Assembly (NCBI GenBank): GCA_964612145.1
Contig: CAZTBP010000006.1
Coordinates: forward strand, 47,044-111,043
Origin: an uncultured Ignavibacteriales bacterium
Lineage (GTDB): Bacteria > Zixibacteria > MSB-5A5 > GN15 > FEB-12
Direction of reading: 5' to 3'
DNA: 64,000 nt
Shown: positions 39,140-47,972 of the stretch, piece after piece
Layout of the letters: each line of letters begins with the position of its first letter
Position numbering within the stretch: the first letter of the stretch is position 1
Notes under the pieces: model-generated
The model's input: only the letters and a program-made list of their open reading frames with translations
What the model was told of the DNA's origin: nothing
Databases searched by the model: none
Program-made: the position numbers and the translations under genes

Positions 39140-39907
39140 TTAAAGTGAATTGTTTCCCGGCCCGGTGATCAGCAGCCGACGACGCCGAAAAAACTCAACG
39201 ATGTGCGGATAGTAGCGGAGAAGTATCGGACGCACTTCCGACTGTTCCTCGGTGGTGGCCATCGTTTTCAGTGAGTTGTTGATCGGGAAGACATTTTCGT
39301 TCACGATACAAATCCCGGGGAAATAGCCCGACGTATCCCAGAACTGGAGCAGTCGTTCAAAGTTACCAAATCGGCACCAGGCGTCCGTATCGCTCACCAC
39401 GGCCGTGCACGCCACGGCGATCGTATAGTCTCCGCCGGGCTGGGTCCAATTCAGTGAGTCAAGGTCACCGACGTCGAGGTAAGCATGGCGCCAGGTAACA
39501 CCGCTGTCGGGTTTCGGGTAGTTCCCAATATAGTTCATTGATTCATCCCCCTCGATGAAATCCCGAACCAGCGGATAGGCAAACAACCGGCGATCTACGG
39601 TGTCCCGCTCCTCGACGCAATACAGCAGCAGAGCGGCTGAATCGGGCATGTCCCCCGCAAGCGTCGGAAATCGCATTACGGCCACATGACTGCCAAGATC
39701 CGCGTTGCCAATTTTGAGAGCCGGCGCCGATCCGGAATTGTAACGACGGCAGTCTTCAAATTGTCGTTCCAGGTCACAGTTTGTGTAACCGTAGAGAGTT
39801 GCATCCTCGATCTCGGACTCGCCGCGAAGGGTGTCTACAAACGACAACGCAGGTCGCGCAAGTATGAGTACCAAAACCGTGGCTATAGTAGCAGCAAAAC
39901 GTATCAA
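39140..39907 (-). CDS. Exported DNRLRE-like (CBM96-type) domain protein
   Basis: Signal peptide; EDATLY...NSGS...VMRF...SAALLLY...EG...VTW...WTQPGGDY pattern. Confidence 0.6.
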   Translation of the reverse strand: MIRFAATIATVLVLILARPALSFVDTLRGESEIEDATLYGYTNCDLERQFEDCRRYNSGSAPALKIGNADLGSHVAVMRFPTLAGDMPDSAALLLYCVEERDTVDRRLFAYPLVRDFIEGDESMNYIGNYPKPDSGVTWRHAYLDVGDLDSLNWTQPGGDYTIAVACTAVVSDTDAWCRFGNFERLLQFWDTSGYFPGICIVNENVFPINNSLKTMATTEEQSEVRPILLRYYPHIVEFFRRRRLLITGPGNNSL

Positions 39908-40233
39908 TTTGTCTCCTCCCCCTGCTCCGGTGCTTCATCGTCGAGACAGGCCGCCTCGACCTCACCGTCGGGCAGTTTCGCTTTACGGATCTTTTCGATC
40001 ATCTCCCAGAACTCCGAGGTTCCGGCTTTCTGGTCTGACAATTTCGTATGTAATTCTATCAATGCCTTTATCTCCGTTATTTTGAGTTGAGGAACCTCCG
40101 GCGTGCTTTCGCGGTCCGTTGAGATGAGCTTGTTCAACTGCACCTGAACTATCTGCTCGATTTTACTCAGCCACTCCCGCCGAAGCCGGTCGGGATTCGA
40201 CGCGTTCTTCGCCACGTCAGTCACCCATTTCAA
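39904..40233 (-). CDS. Hypothetical helical protein (candidate small terminase-like)
   Basis: Coupled to both neighbours, helical, acidic tail; function not recognised. Confidence 0.45.
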   Translation of the reverse strand: MKWVTDVAKNASNPDRLRREWLSKIEQIVQVQLNKLISTDRESTPEVPQLKITEIKALIELHTKLSDQKAGTSEFWEMIEKIRKAKLPDGEVEAACLDDEAPEQGEETN

Positions 40234-40591
40234 TAATCATCAGGTCGGCCGAGACCACCGACGGCGCCTCAGGATCACGGGCAAGCCGGCAGGACTTCAC
40301 GGACTCCGACCCGACGACAAAGGCGGCATCGGACCCGTGCGACCGTACGATGACCTTCGGTGACTCGATCTCATTGGGGAGGTTATTCCCCCGGTGATCG
40401 ACCAGATCGGCATACAGTACTGTCTGCTCGCCGCCCCCCGGGTTCACACTGCCATAGAGCACCGTCTTGTCCGAACCGACCTGTTCGACCACAACAAATC
40501 CTATCTCGCCCAGCCCCGGCAGACCCCAGACGGCAATATTCGGCACAAACCACATCCGGTGGCTGACCGCCTCCTGAAATGTTGTCAACAT
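40217..40591 (-). CDS. Hypothetical beta-rich protein
   Basis: AGGAG RBS, operonic position. Confidence 0.55.
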   Translation of the reverse strand: MLTTFQEAVSHRMWFVPNIAVWGLPGLGEIGFVVVEQVGSDKTVLYGSVNPGGGEQTVLYADLVDHRGNNLPNEIESPKVIVRSHGSDAAFVVGSESVKSCRLARDPEAPSVVSADLMIIEMGD

Positions 40592-40601
40592 CGCATTCTC
40601 C

Positions 40602-41366
40602 TTAGCTTTTGGCGGGTGAGGCCGGGCCGCTCTTCGGCGCCCGGAAAGCCTTGATCAAACGCTCGGATTGCTCCTGGTACTCGGCGGCGAGATTCAGCCA
40701 GGCGTTCGCCGTGCGATCTCGCGACGGATCCGTCTGGAGTGACCCCGCTGCTGACGATCGCGCCACCGCTGCCAGCGCCAGATAAGTCGCCGCACTTTGG
40801 AGCACGCTATCGGCGCCGAACGATCTGTCCGGGTCGACCAGCTTTTCAATCCGCGCATTCGCCTCCAGCACCGCCGCCCGCAACAGCGACTCGTCGGGAG
40901 CAGCCGCCACCGGCGTGTAGTCGATATACACCGTCTCCTCCCGTACCGAATAGTCTTCCCCCGCCGTATACAGCGTATAGGCGCGATACCAGACGACTAC
41001 TGCCGCTTGAGGAGCAATCTGGCCGCCGTTCTTGACTGTTAGTATCCCGCTCGGGTAATCAACGATGTAATCCTGATTCTCCACGTAGATCGTGCCCAGC
41101 GAACTGTCCGACGCCACCAGGACCGACCCGGGAATCAGCGGAGCGGCTGCGATTGTACCGGAACCACCAGTCAACGAAACTGAGGATCGTACTGCTCTCC
41201 CCAGTTGCGGCGATTTCACCCGTACTGAACCATCCTGAACCGAGCCGTTGAAAAAGCGGTCGTACTCGCTGCCATCAAGAATCAGGGTTTGATCGGTCAC
41301 CGCTTTCAGCACCGGTCCGCCTTCACTGAGGTACTGTCCAAGCAGAACTTCACTCGTGTATGACAT
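40602..41366 (-). CDS. Head-completion/adaptor-like protein with inserted beta-domain
   Basis: MSYTS N-terminus and helical C-terminus LLRAAVLEANARIEK...LQSAATYLA...AW...A..Y resemble SPP1 gp15/Mu gp36 adaptors; insert with ENQDYIVDY/GEDYSV repeats. Confidence 0.55.
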   Translation of the reverse strand: MSYTSEVLLGQYLSEGGPVLKAVTDQTLILDGSEYDRFFNGSVQDGSVRVKSPQLGRAVRSSVSLTGGSGTIAAAPLIPGSVLVASDSSLGTIYVENQDYIVDYPSGILTVKNGGQIAPQAAVVVWYRAYTLYTAGEDYSVREETVYIDYTPVAAAPDESLLRAAVLEANARIEKLVDPDRSFGADSVLQSAATYLALAAVARSSAAGSLQTDPSRDRTANAWLNLAAEYQEQSERLIKAFRAPKSGPASPAKS

Positions 41367-41368
41367 CG

Positions 41369-42781
41369 CTACCTCCTCAGGATCACCGCTTGAAGATCAC
41401 TTATGGTGATGAGTTTGGAGCCGACCGGAGCCGTCGCAAACGACGACAGTACCTCCAGCCGCACCCAGAACCGGTTGCTGCCGGAGAGGAGCTTCTTCTG
41501 CCAGTCAAACGGTATGGAATCGTAATCCTCCCACAGCAATAGATCATTGTCGATACTCTCCAGTGCCTGCGCTCCTGCAACCGGCGTAAAGGCGACCCAC
41601 GCTGAGCCGTTCCAGTACGAGAACACCATCGTTCCACCGGCTCCGGCGGTGGACAACAGTACCTTTACATATCTAAACTTCTCATCCATACCCAGATAAC
41701 AGGTGTCCCCCTGGTTCTCGACCAGCTTGCCGGTCACCGGATGAACTACGTCGCCCGCAGCAGCTGATCCCGCCTCGGCAGTCACATCCGCGAACGAGGC
41801 CGACCCGTTGTGATACAGCACGACACTGCCAAATAGATCCGCGCGGCTGTCCAGCGGCACCGGTGCCGCAAACGACCCGGACTGGCGGATACTGTACCTT
41901 AGCTGATGTTCGTCGCTGCCGACTGCGGCCGTCCAGACGATCATCGGGACATTATCCAAAAACACGAGCTGCGGGAAAGCCCCTTCGTTCGTGTCGATCG
42001 TTACCGCCGGCTGCCACTGCTCGCCGTCAAACTCGCGATACCGCACCTGTTCGTTATCCCAGACCACCCCGATCCGCCCATCGGATGAAACAGCCGCATC
42101 GAAGTGCTCATCGAAGTCAAAGCCGGTCGCCAGATCAGTGGCGCTCGACCAGGTTGCTCCATTCAGCGGTTTTGAACGCATTGAAATCGACAGCCCACCG
42201 TCGGTATAGACCGCAAACAGATCGTCGCGGCCGATAACCAGCCGACCAAACGCCGACGACGCCCCCAATGTGAGCGGATCACCCTGATCCGATGGCCCGC
42301 TGCCCCAGGTCATCCCGCCGTCGGTCGATGACTTGACATATAGCGTATGGATCCCGCCCGACTCTTTGCACCAGCACACCCACAACGTACCGTCCTGAAG
42401 CACAGCCAGCGATGGATGCCGCGCTGCAGCCGCATCCGTCACTGTCACTTCCGACATTACCACCCAGGTGCCGCCGGAGATCCCCAGCCGACGTGACATC
42501 AGGTAGCCGGTCGCCTGATCCGTATACACGATCGTTATGTCGCCATCCGGCTCGAGAATACAGTCGAAAAAACCATCAGCCGCAGTCGTTGTCACCGTCA
42601 CCGGTGCCGACCACGACGCATACGGCCGGTCGGCGTAGCTGTATACGATCTCACCGGGGGCCGTCTGCATGATTACGACCTGTCTCCCGGCGTACTGCCC
42701 CGACTCTACCCGCAGCAGCTTCCGCCCATGCGGATACCCCAGCGGCGCGCCCGCCGTGGTTTGCAAAATCGATTGTTTCAT
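41369..42781 (-). CDS. BNR/Asp-box beta-propeller plus C-terminal beta-sandwich, no signal peptide (putative virion protein)
   Basis: KSSTDGGMTW Asp-box, repeated W-S-x-P-V blades, YWNGSAW...DW...FWVRL C-domain; directly after major capsid gene. Confidence 0.6.
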   Translation of the reverse strand: MKQSILQTTAGAPLGYPHGRKLLRVESGQYAGRQVVIMQTAPGEIVYSYADRPYASWSAPVTVTTTAADGFFDCILEPDGDITIVYTDQATGYLMSRRLGISGGTWVVMSEVTVTDAAAARHPSLAVLQDGTLWVCWCKESGGIHTLYVKSSTDGGMTWGSGPSDQGDPLTLGASSAFGRLVIGRDDLFAVYTDGGLSISMRSKPLNGATWSSATDLATGFDFDEHFDAAVSSDGRIGVVWDNEQVRYREFDGEQWQPAVTIDTNEGAFPQLVFLDNVPMIVWTAAVGSDEHQLRYSIRQSGSFAAPVPLDSRADLFGSVVLYHNGSASFADVTAEAGSAAAGDVVHPVTGKLVENQGDTCYLGMDEKFRYVKVLLSTAGAGGTMVFSYWNGSAWVAFTPVAGAQALESIDNDLLLWEDYDSIPFDWQKKLLSGSNRFWVRLEVLSSFATAPVGSKLITISDLQAVILRR

Positions 42782-42798
42782 AAGTCCTTCAGAAATAG

Positions 42799-42822
42799 CG
42801 GGGCCCGCCCGCGCGGGCCCCG
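42799..42822 (-). terminator. GC-rich hairpin after major capsid gene (attenuator or stabiliser)
   Basis: CGGGGCCCGC-CCGC-GCGGGCCCCG, weak U tract. Confidence 0.5.
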
Positions 42823-42829
42823 GTTGATA

Positions 42830-43927
42830 TCAGGCAAACACGGTATCAAGCACCACCGCTGCGTCTTTGATGACTTTGGCGTAGGTGACGGACTCCGTGA
42901 TGACCGCCTCCTCGAACCGCTGCTCGATAACCTTATCGTACTCAACCGTCAGCGGCTGGGTGACGACTTCCTCGACTGCAAAGCGATGATCCAGACCGAC
43001 AATAAGATCCGTCGACAATTCATCGCATCGCACCAGTGAAGCTCCCAGCGGGCTGAACAGGTCGCCGCTGTTCTGGAATCGATACCCGGCCATTGGATCT
43101 TTGAACTCTTCGAGTGTCAGGATCTCCTTCATCAGGTTCACATGGCAAACCAGGGTATTCATCTCAAAGGGAGAGAACTGCGACCACAGGTTGATCAGGT
43201 CATCGTAGGTGATGGTTCCGCTGGCGGCAGTGTTGATTAGGGTCGCCGAATTGTCGTTGCCGTCGCCGTTGATAATCGTATCCACCAGCATGGCGACCTT
43301 GTCGGTCTGCAGCCGGAACCCGATGAACCACAGCAACACCCGGAACTGTGAAGTTGTCCGGTACCGCAACGACTTGTACGACGCCTTCAGAGCCAAACCG
43401 TAGTCAGCCACTTTCACTGCATGGTTCTGCTCGGTCACCAGCAATTGCGGCACCTCGGCTCCCTCAGCCACCGGTCGCAGCGAGAACCGCGACTTGTCAT
43501 CGGTGTCAATGAAAAAGGGCGTGTAGCTGTTCGAGGCCACTGTCGTGGAATTCGCGATCAGCCGCGACAGCTCCGGGCGCATCGCCATCCCCTTGCGGAT
43601 TTCACGACGCATAAACTCCGGCAGCAGCGCCGGCGCCTGCTGATAGAACTGCTCGACCGTTTTCGGCGCTTTACCGCCGAAACGAATCCCTGCCAGGGTC
43701 AACTGCCGCTCGAAAGCGTCCAGCGGCGATCCTGCCGGACTCGGATCGTACTCATCGAGTTCCAGCAACTCGGTTAACGTCATGCCGCGCGCCTCCGCCT
43801 CCTGGTACCGGTCGCGGCCGATCTCCAGCGATGCCGCCCGCGAGAGGTCGACCCCTGTCGCGGGAACGTCTTCTGGCTGCACGAGAGTCGTCACGGCACT
43901 CGTACGAAGAAATTGTTCGAAATTCAT
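42830..43927 (-). CDS. Phage major capsid protein (HK97 fold)
   Basis: LDAFERQL, LLPEF, VAEGAEVP E-loop, YGLALKASY, IINGDGN, AVEEV P-domain motifs. Confidence 0.85.
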   Translation of the reverse strand: MNFEQFLRTSAVTTLVQPEDVPATGVDLSRAASLEIGRDRYQEAEARGMTLTELLELDEYDPSPAGSPLDAFERQLTLAGIRFGGKAPKTVEQFYQQAPALLPEFMRREIRKGMAMRPELSRLIANSTTVASNSYTPFFIDTDDKSRFSLRPVAEGAEVPQLLVTEQNHAVKVADYGLALKASYKSLRYRTTSQFRVLLWFIGFRLQTDKVAMLVDTIINGDGNDNSATLINTAASGTITYDDLINLWSQFSPFEMNTLVCHVNLMKEILTLEEFKDPMAGYRFQNSGDLFSPLGASLVRCDELSTDLIVGLDHRFAVEEVVTQPLTVEYDKVIEQRFEEAVITESVTYAKVIKDAAVVLDTVFA

Positions 43928-43939
43928 GGATATCCCTCG

Positions 43940-44359
43940 CTAGTTGAGAAGAATGACACAATCAGTGGTTCCGTTGACAGCCAGTACCGTGCCCCGGGCG
44001 ACATTGCCGCCGGCCGGATCCGATGCCACCGCCGGAGCCTGCTTGACCGTTCCCGTGGTGCCGCCCACTACTCGATCACCGACCGACGGGACGGTGGCGG
44101 AAACATCAAGACGGCAGATCCCGCCGATCTGTACTGTCGCCAGACGCAGCCCATCGTCGCCATCGGACAACGTCAAAGCGATCAGTTTGCCCAGCAGTTG
44201 ACCGCCGTTGGTGATCGGGCCGATCTCGTTGCTGGCCGTAAGCATCACCGGCTGGCCGATGTTGTCATCGGTCAGGTCGTCGACACCAGCCGTCTGGTGG
44301 ACTTTGAAGGTCGCCAATACCGGGGCGACCGCTTCCAGATTCTGTTCACGTATGCTCAT
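43940..44359 (-). CDS. Capsid cement/decoration protein (DUF2190-like)
   Basis: 139 aa, Gly/Val-rich, IGQPVML...ATVQIGG...VGDRVVG...GTV; immediately upstream of capsid gene. Confidence 0.7.
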   Translation of the reverse strand: MSIREQNLEAVAPVLATFKVHQTAGVDDLTDDNIGQPVMLTASNEIGPITNGGQLLGKLIALTLSDGDDGLRLATVQIGGICRLDVSATVPSVGDRVVGGTTGTVKQAPAVASDPAGGNVARGTVLAVNGTTDCVILLN

Positions 44360-44435
44360 TGTATGTCCTCGTTATGAATGTTCAGGCAGCCAAACTGGCC
44401 GGGAGCACCTCCCGCGTGGCCGAGACAAAGGTCCC

Positions 44436-44831
44436 TCAACGCTGCCGGATTCTGCTGTTGGTTTGCTGTGTTGATACCGCAAAACTCCCGGGAAACGCCT
44501 CCCGGAACCGGGCCGCCGTCAGCCGGTATTGCTCGATCAATTCCTTGGCGTCAAGCTCCCCCAGCGACTCGACATACTCGACCGCGCGCTCGACCGCATC
44601 CCGGCGGCGTGCGACAACCGCAATCGCTTTGGCCATACCGGCGATACGGCCGATGTAGTCCTGACGAAGTGCAGCGTGATCGTCGACCACGGTCGAGACA
44701 CCAGTCAACTGCGAGACCTGCTGCCGGAGTGTCTCTCGAAGCTGATCAAAGTCCAGGGTTGTCAGTGATTGTGCCGACAGGCTCTCTGCCGCCAATTTGA
44801 GTTCCGTAATCTGTTCGCTAATCGTTTCCAA
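44436..44831 (-). CDS. Scaffold-like coiled-coil protein
   Basis: Helical heptads; GGAG RBS + TTG; lies between protease and cement/capsid. Confidence 0.5.
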   Translation of the reverse strand: METISEQITELKLAAESLSAQSLTTLDFDQLRETLRQQVSQLTGVSTVVDDHAALRQDYIGRIAGMAKAIAVVARRRDAVERAVEYVESLGELDAKELIEQYRLTAARFREAFPGSFAVSTQQTNSRIRQR

Positions 44832-45129
44832 CTTTCTCTCCTGATTGGTGTGCCAGATACAGTTCGATCCGGGTCAGGCGTGCCTCGATATCTTTCGAGA
44901 AGCGGTAGAACTGGTCTCTACCCACGACGCCTTCAGTCAGGATCACCTCCAAAGTGCTCATCTTTTTGTCGAGGGTCTCGACCAGCGCCCCCTCCGCTTT
45001 GGCCGCCAGCTCCACTTTCAACGACTGGATTGTCAGAAAGTAGGCCGCGACCACCCCGACAATAACCGTTATCAGGTTGACTACCGGACCGGTCAGACTG
45101 ATCCGGTCGCGTCTGCTGTAACGCATCAT
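44818..45129 (-). CDS. Small TM + coiled-coil protein (XhlA/holin-like or spanin-like)
   Basis: AAAGGA RBS, ATG 45129/45126, TM LTGPVVNLITVIVGVVAAYFL then coiled coil. Confidence 0.5.
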   Translation of the reverse strand: MMRYSRRDRISLTGPVVNLITVIVGVVAAYFLTIQSLKVELAAKAEGALVETLDKKMSTLEVILTEGVVGRDQFYRFSKDIEARLTRIELYLAHQSGEKVGND

Positions 45130-45191
45130 TGAAATGGTTCCTTTTGCCTGTTTTTGTTGACTGATTTGAACGGCGGCGATTGCTTGGCCGT

Positions 45192-45896
45192 ATGCGTACA
45201 CTGGTCCGAAAATACCCGAGCCTGGTTGCTCTTGGTATCCTGTTCGTGATGTTCCTCGTCGGTTGCGGCGAAGAGGAGGGTCCAACCGCACCGGTGCCAC
45301 TCGACGGCGCCATGCTGGTTGGGCTCGCCGCCAACGATACCCTGCGCTACTACCAGGTTGACAGTGTTGTCACGATCGACACGACCTACCGGGTCGATGT
45401 CACCGAGCAGGAATTCATCGCTACCACGTCCGGCGGCGGTGACGAGTTTGTCTATTCATTCGGGCGCGAACCGCTTGTCAATGTTTTGCGCACGGCAGAA
45501 TCCGTTCTCATCAACGGCTACTGGCGAAGCGATGAATCAACCCTGGTGATCACCTACTTCGCCGATCCGCCTGTCCTGCTGCACCGCAACCTCGTTCCCG
45601 GCGATACCTGGGACGGCTACATGCCGTCGTACTCAGTCCCCCCGGACTATTCCCGGCTCCCGATCTACTTTGCCCATTTTGGTTTCTACTTTCAGAAGAC
45701 GTACCAGGGGACCGAACATGTTATCGTTCCCAGCGGCGAGTACACCGCCCACCGCTACGATTCCCGGTTGTACATAAACCCCGGCGACAGTGTCGCCGCC
45801 GCCATCGTTACCGAACACTTCGTCCCCAATTTCGGTCTGGTCCGTTACACTTTCCGAGGCGGCGGCCTGACACGGGTCCTAGCTCGCGTCGAATAA
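45192..45896 (+). CDS. Lipoprotein inserted antisense within the phage-like module
   Basis: Lipobox FLVG-C; VPGDTW, VPSGEY..A, HFVPNFGLVR beta-rich fold. Confidence 0.75.
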   Translation: MRTLVRKYPSLVALGILFVMFLVGCGEEEGPTAPVPLDGAMLVGLAANDTLRYYQVDSVVTIDTTYRVDVTEQEFIATTSGGGDEFVYSFGREPLVNVLRTAESVLINGYWRSDESTLVITYFADPPVLLHRNLVPGDTWDGYMPSYSVPPDYSRLPIYFAHFGFYFQKTYQGTEHVIVPSGEYTAHRYDSRLYINPGDSVAAAIVTEHFVPNFGLVRYTFRGGGLTRVLARVE

Positions 45897-45898
45897 AC

Positions 45899-47389
45899 CT
45901 ACTCGTTCAGCAGATACATCACCCATCGGAACCGGCCGTCAAGCTTCACCGGCCGCACCATCAACCGTCCGGACAATTGCCCGGCAAGCTGAAGTGCATA
46001 CGCCTCTCCCTCCTGCCGAAAGTCCGTGATCTGGCCGCTGACCCGATCTCCCGGCAGCAAGCTGCCCGCACCGCAACCACTCAACCGGTCCGCAAGAAAC
46101 TTCCCACCGTGGATTAAGCGACAAAGACTGAACTGCCCGATCACAAAATGAACCGCAACGTCCGCACTAGTGAAACTCAGCCGCGCGGCGCCGCTCGCAC
46201 CCATCGTAATCAGCGAGAAATGCCCTTCTGCCCGTTCTGTCACAGGTGGATTATAGCGATACACAGTTACCGATTGATCCTGGTGCCCGGCGGCCTGAAT
46301 CGTCACGCCGTCGCGCGTTTTGATCTCTTGTGCCACACTGTCAATGGCGGCTATGTCGGCCAAACGGTGGCGAATTGGACGGATAGCAAAAGTACCCTCA
46401 GTCCGGCCTGCAGTCGACTCAAGTGGTTCGTCAGACATCAGGAGCCGCAACTCCACCCGATTCACCCGGGACTTCTCTCGCGCCAGAAAAGCCGCGACTT
46501 CTGACAGAGCGCACCGCTCTTTTCCCCGAAGCCCGACAATTTGACCGGTCGTGGCCTCAAACGGCCTCATACCTTCAGTCCCAAACTGCGCCGCCATGTC
46601 ATCCGGCAGGTCTTTTCCGTCAAGACGCACCAACGTGAGTTGCACGCCGTCGTACTCCACCCGCACCGGTATGCCGTCATAGGCGGGCGCGACGATGAAT
46701 TCCTGGTCCGGCGGCAGTTCTGTCGGGGATTCAATCGGAATCTCCTGATAGCCCGCGCGGGAACCCGCCGCCGGCTCGGTCAGGTCTTTGGTCACCGCCG
46801 TCCCGGCTACTGCTCCCCGGTACACCAGCGAGCTTTCCAGCACCCGCTCGATCCGACGGTAATTATAATGGCAGACACTCTCCGCGCCATCGACCGTATA
46901 CGTCTCGAACGGCTGATGTCGGCAGGTGCGAATGTCCCGTCGGCAGATCGAACACTCCGGCAGCAGAAACGTGAAACTAATCGAACACTCTCGATAAATA
47001 CCGCCGTCGATGTTCTCCCGCAGCGTTTCCGCCCCGTCAGCCGAGCGCAGCCAGTAAAAGTAGCTCTTGACCCACTTTTTTCCGTCACGTACGACCGGTT
47101 CGGCAAAGAACGTCCGGGCAATCGGCAGCCGGTCCTTGCGGTGGCCGACCATCACCGGTGAGTCAATCATCAATTCGGCCAGCCGGGCGTGCTCCTCGGC
47201 GGGGAACCTCCCGCCGAAACTGTTGACATCTTCCGAAACGATATACATAGCACGAATATGCACGGAGTTGCAGTTAAGTGGACCGGGCGGGGTGATGTTG
47301 TCATTAATCTTCTGAACCAGAACATCGAGCCGATCATTACTCAATGGTTCCGCCAGATGAGCCGTTAAACGACCTATTGATAAAGACAT
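45899..47389 (-). CDS. Prohead protease fused to degenerate ATP-dependent ligase-like and LigD-PE-like domains
   Basis: N-domain GHRKD...ARTF...IDGGIYRECSISF..CSICRR...CRH...ESSLVYRGA; middle APAYDGIPVRVEYDG..L.R.DGKDL; C-terminal LQLAGQLSGRLMVRP...WVM. Confidence 0.65.
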   Translation of the reverse strand: MSLSIGRLTAHLAEPLSNDRLDVLVQKINDNITPPGPLNCNSVHIRAMYIVSEDVNSFGGRFPAEEHARLAELMIDSPVMVGHRKDRLPIARTFFAEPVVRDGKKWVKSYFYWLRSADGAETLRENIDGGIYRECSISFTFLLPECSICRRDIRTCRHQPFETYTVDGAESVCHYNYRRIERVLESSLVYRGAVAGTAVTKDLTEPAAGSRAGYQEIPIESPTELPPDQEFIVAPAYDGIPVRVEYDGVQLTLVRLDGKDLPDDMAAQFGTEGMRPFEATTGQIVGLRGKERCALSEVAAFLAREKSRVNRVELRLLMSDEPLESTAGRTEGTFAIRPIRHRLADIAAIDSVAQEIKTRDGVTIQAAGHQDQSVTVYRYNPPVTERAEGHFSLITMGASGAARLSFTSADVAVHFVIGQFSLCRLIHGGKFLADRLSGCGAGSLLPGDRVSGQITDFRQEGEAYALQLAGQLSGRLMVRPVKLDGRFRWVMYLLNE

Positions 47390-47406
47390 AGCTTCTCCAT
47401 TCTATC

Positions 47407-47455
47407 GTTTACCCTACGGCTCCAACTCGTAATCTGCAGCAATTTACTGCCAAAA
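47407..47455 (-). promoter_or_regulatory. Copy A of ~50-bp motif upstream of protease gene
   Basis: 34/50 identical columns (2 gaps, manual alignment) with 50620-50668. Confidence 0.55.
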
Positions 47456-47535
47456 GTGTGCAAAAAAGTGCCTCTTTACTTTCGTTGCAAACTGTCGGAA
47501 ACATCCCGCATCTCCACTTTTAAGCTGCTCAATCA

Positions 47536-47548
47536 TAAGGCTTTGATT
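47536..47548 (-). promoter_or_regulatory. IHF-binding site
   Basis: AATCAA-AGCC-TTA matches WATCAANNNNTTR, just upstream of a sigma54 promoter. Confidence 0.55.
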
Positions 47549-47573
47549 ATATCCGGCTCGTTTAAGATGGCGA

Positions 47574-47589
47574 TGGCCCGATATTTGCT
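47574..47589 (+). promoter_or_regulatory. sigma54 (-24/-12) promoter
   Basis: TGGCCCGATATTTGCT, GG-N10-GC spacing. Confidence 0.7.
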
Positions 47590-47649
47590 CATGCTATTGC
47601 CTGAACAATTAAAGTCCCTCTAAAACGGGACAGAGAGTAGATTTTTAAA

Positions 47650-47946
47650 ATGTTGCACAAGCACACAACCAGACGACATCCTTTGAAATGGATTCTCGCA
47701 GGGATATTGTTCGTCCTGGTACTCACGGTCACCTTTGATGACGCTTACGGAGTCTGGGTGCCAAGTTCGGGGGACGGACAAGAGCAAGCCGGCAACGCTG
47801 AGCCGGTAGATCAACAGTTTGATATAAATACAACTCCAATAGAAAGCCAGTCAACCGCTCCGCAGATTCCGGAGCCGGCAACCCTTATTTTACTCGGGGC
47901 CGGTCTGGCCGGATGGCAGGCTCGACGCTATTTCAAGACCAGGTAA
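47650..47946 (+). CDS. Minimal PEP-CTERM protein
   Basis: Signal peptide, short spacer, IPEPATLILLGAGLAGWQARRYFKTR. Confidence 0.85.
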   Translation: MLHKHTTRRHPLKWILAGILFVLVLTVTFDDAYGVWVPSSGDGQEQAGNAEPVDQQFDINTTPIESQSTAPQIPEPATLILLGAGLAGWQARRYFKTR

Positions 47947-47972
47947 AGAAATTCCCCAACCTCTACCCTTCC

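Noticed and set aside
47439-47453. TTGGCAGTAAATTGC as a sigma54 promoter for the protease gene
   Set aside because: GG-to-GC spacing is 9, not the strict 10; treated instead as part of the shared 50-bp motif.
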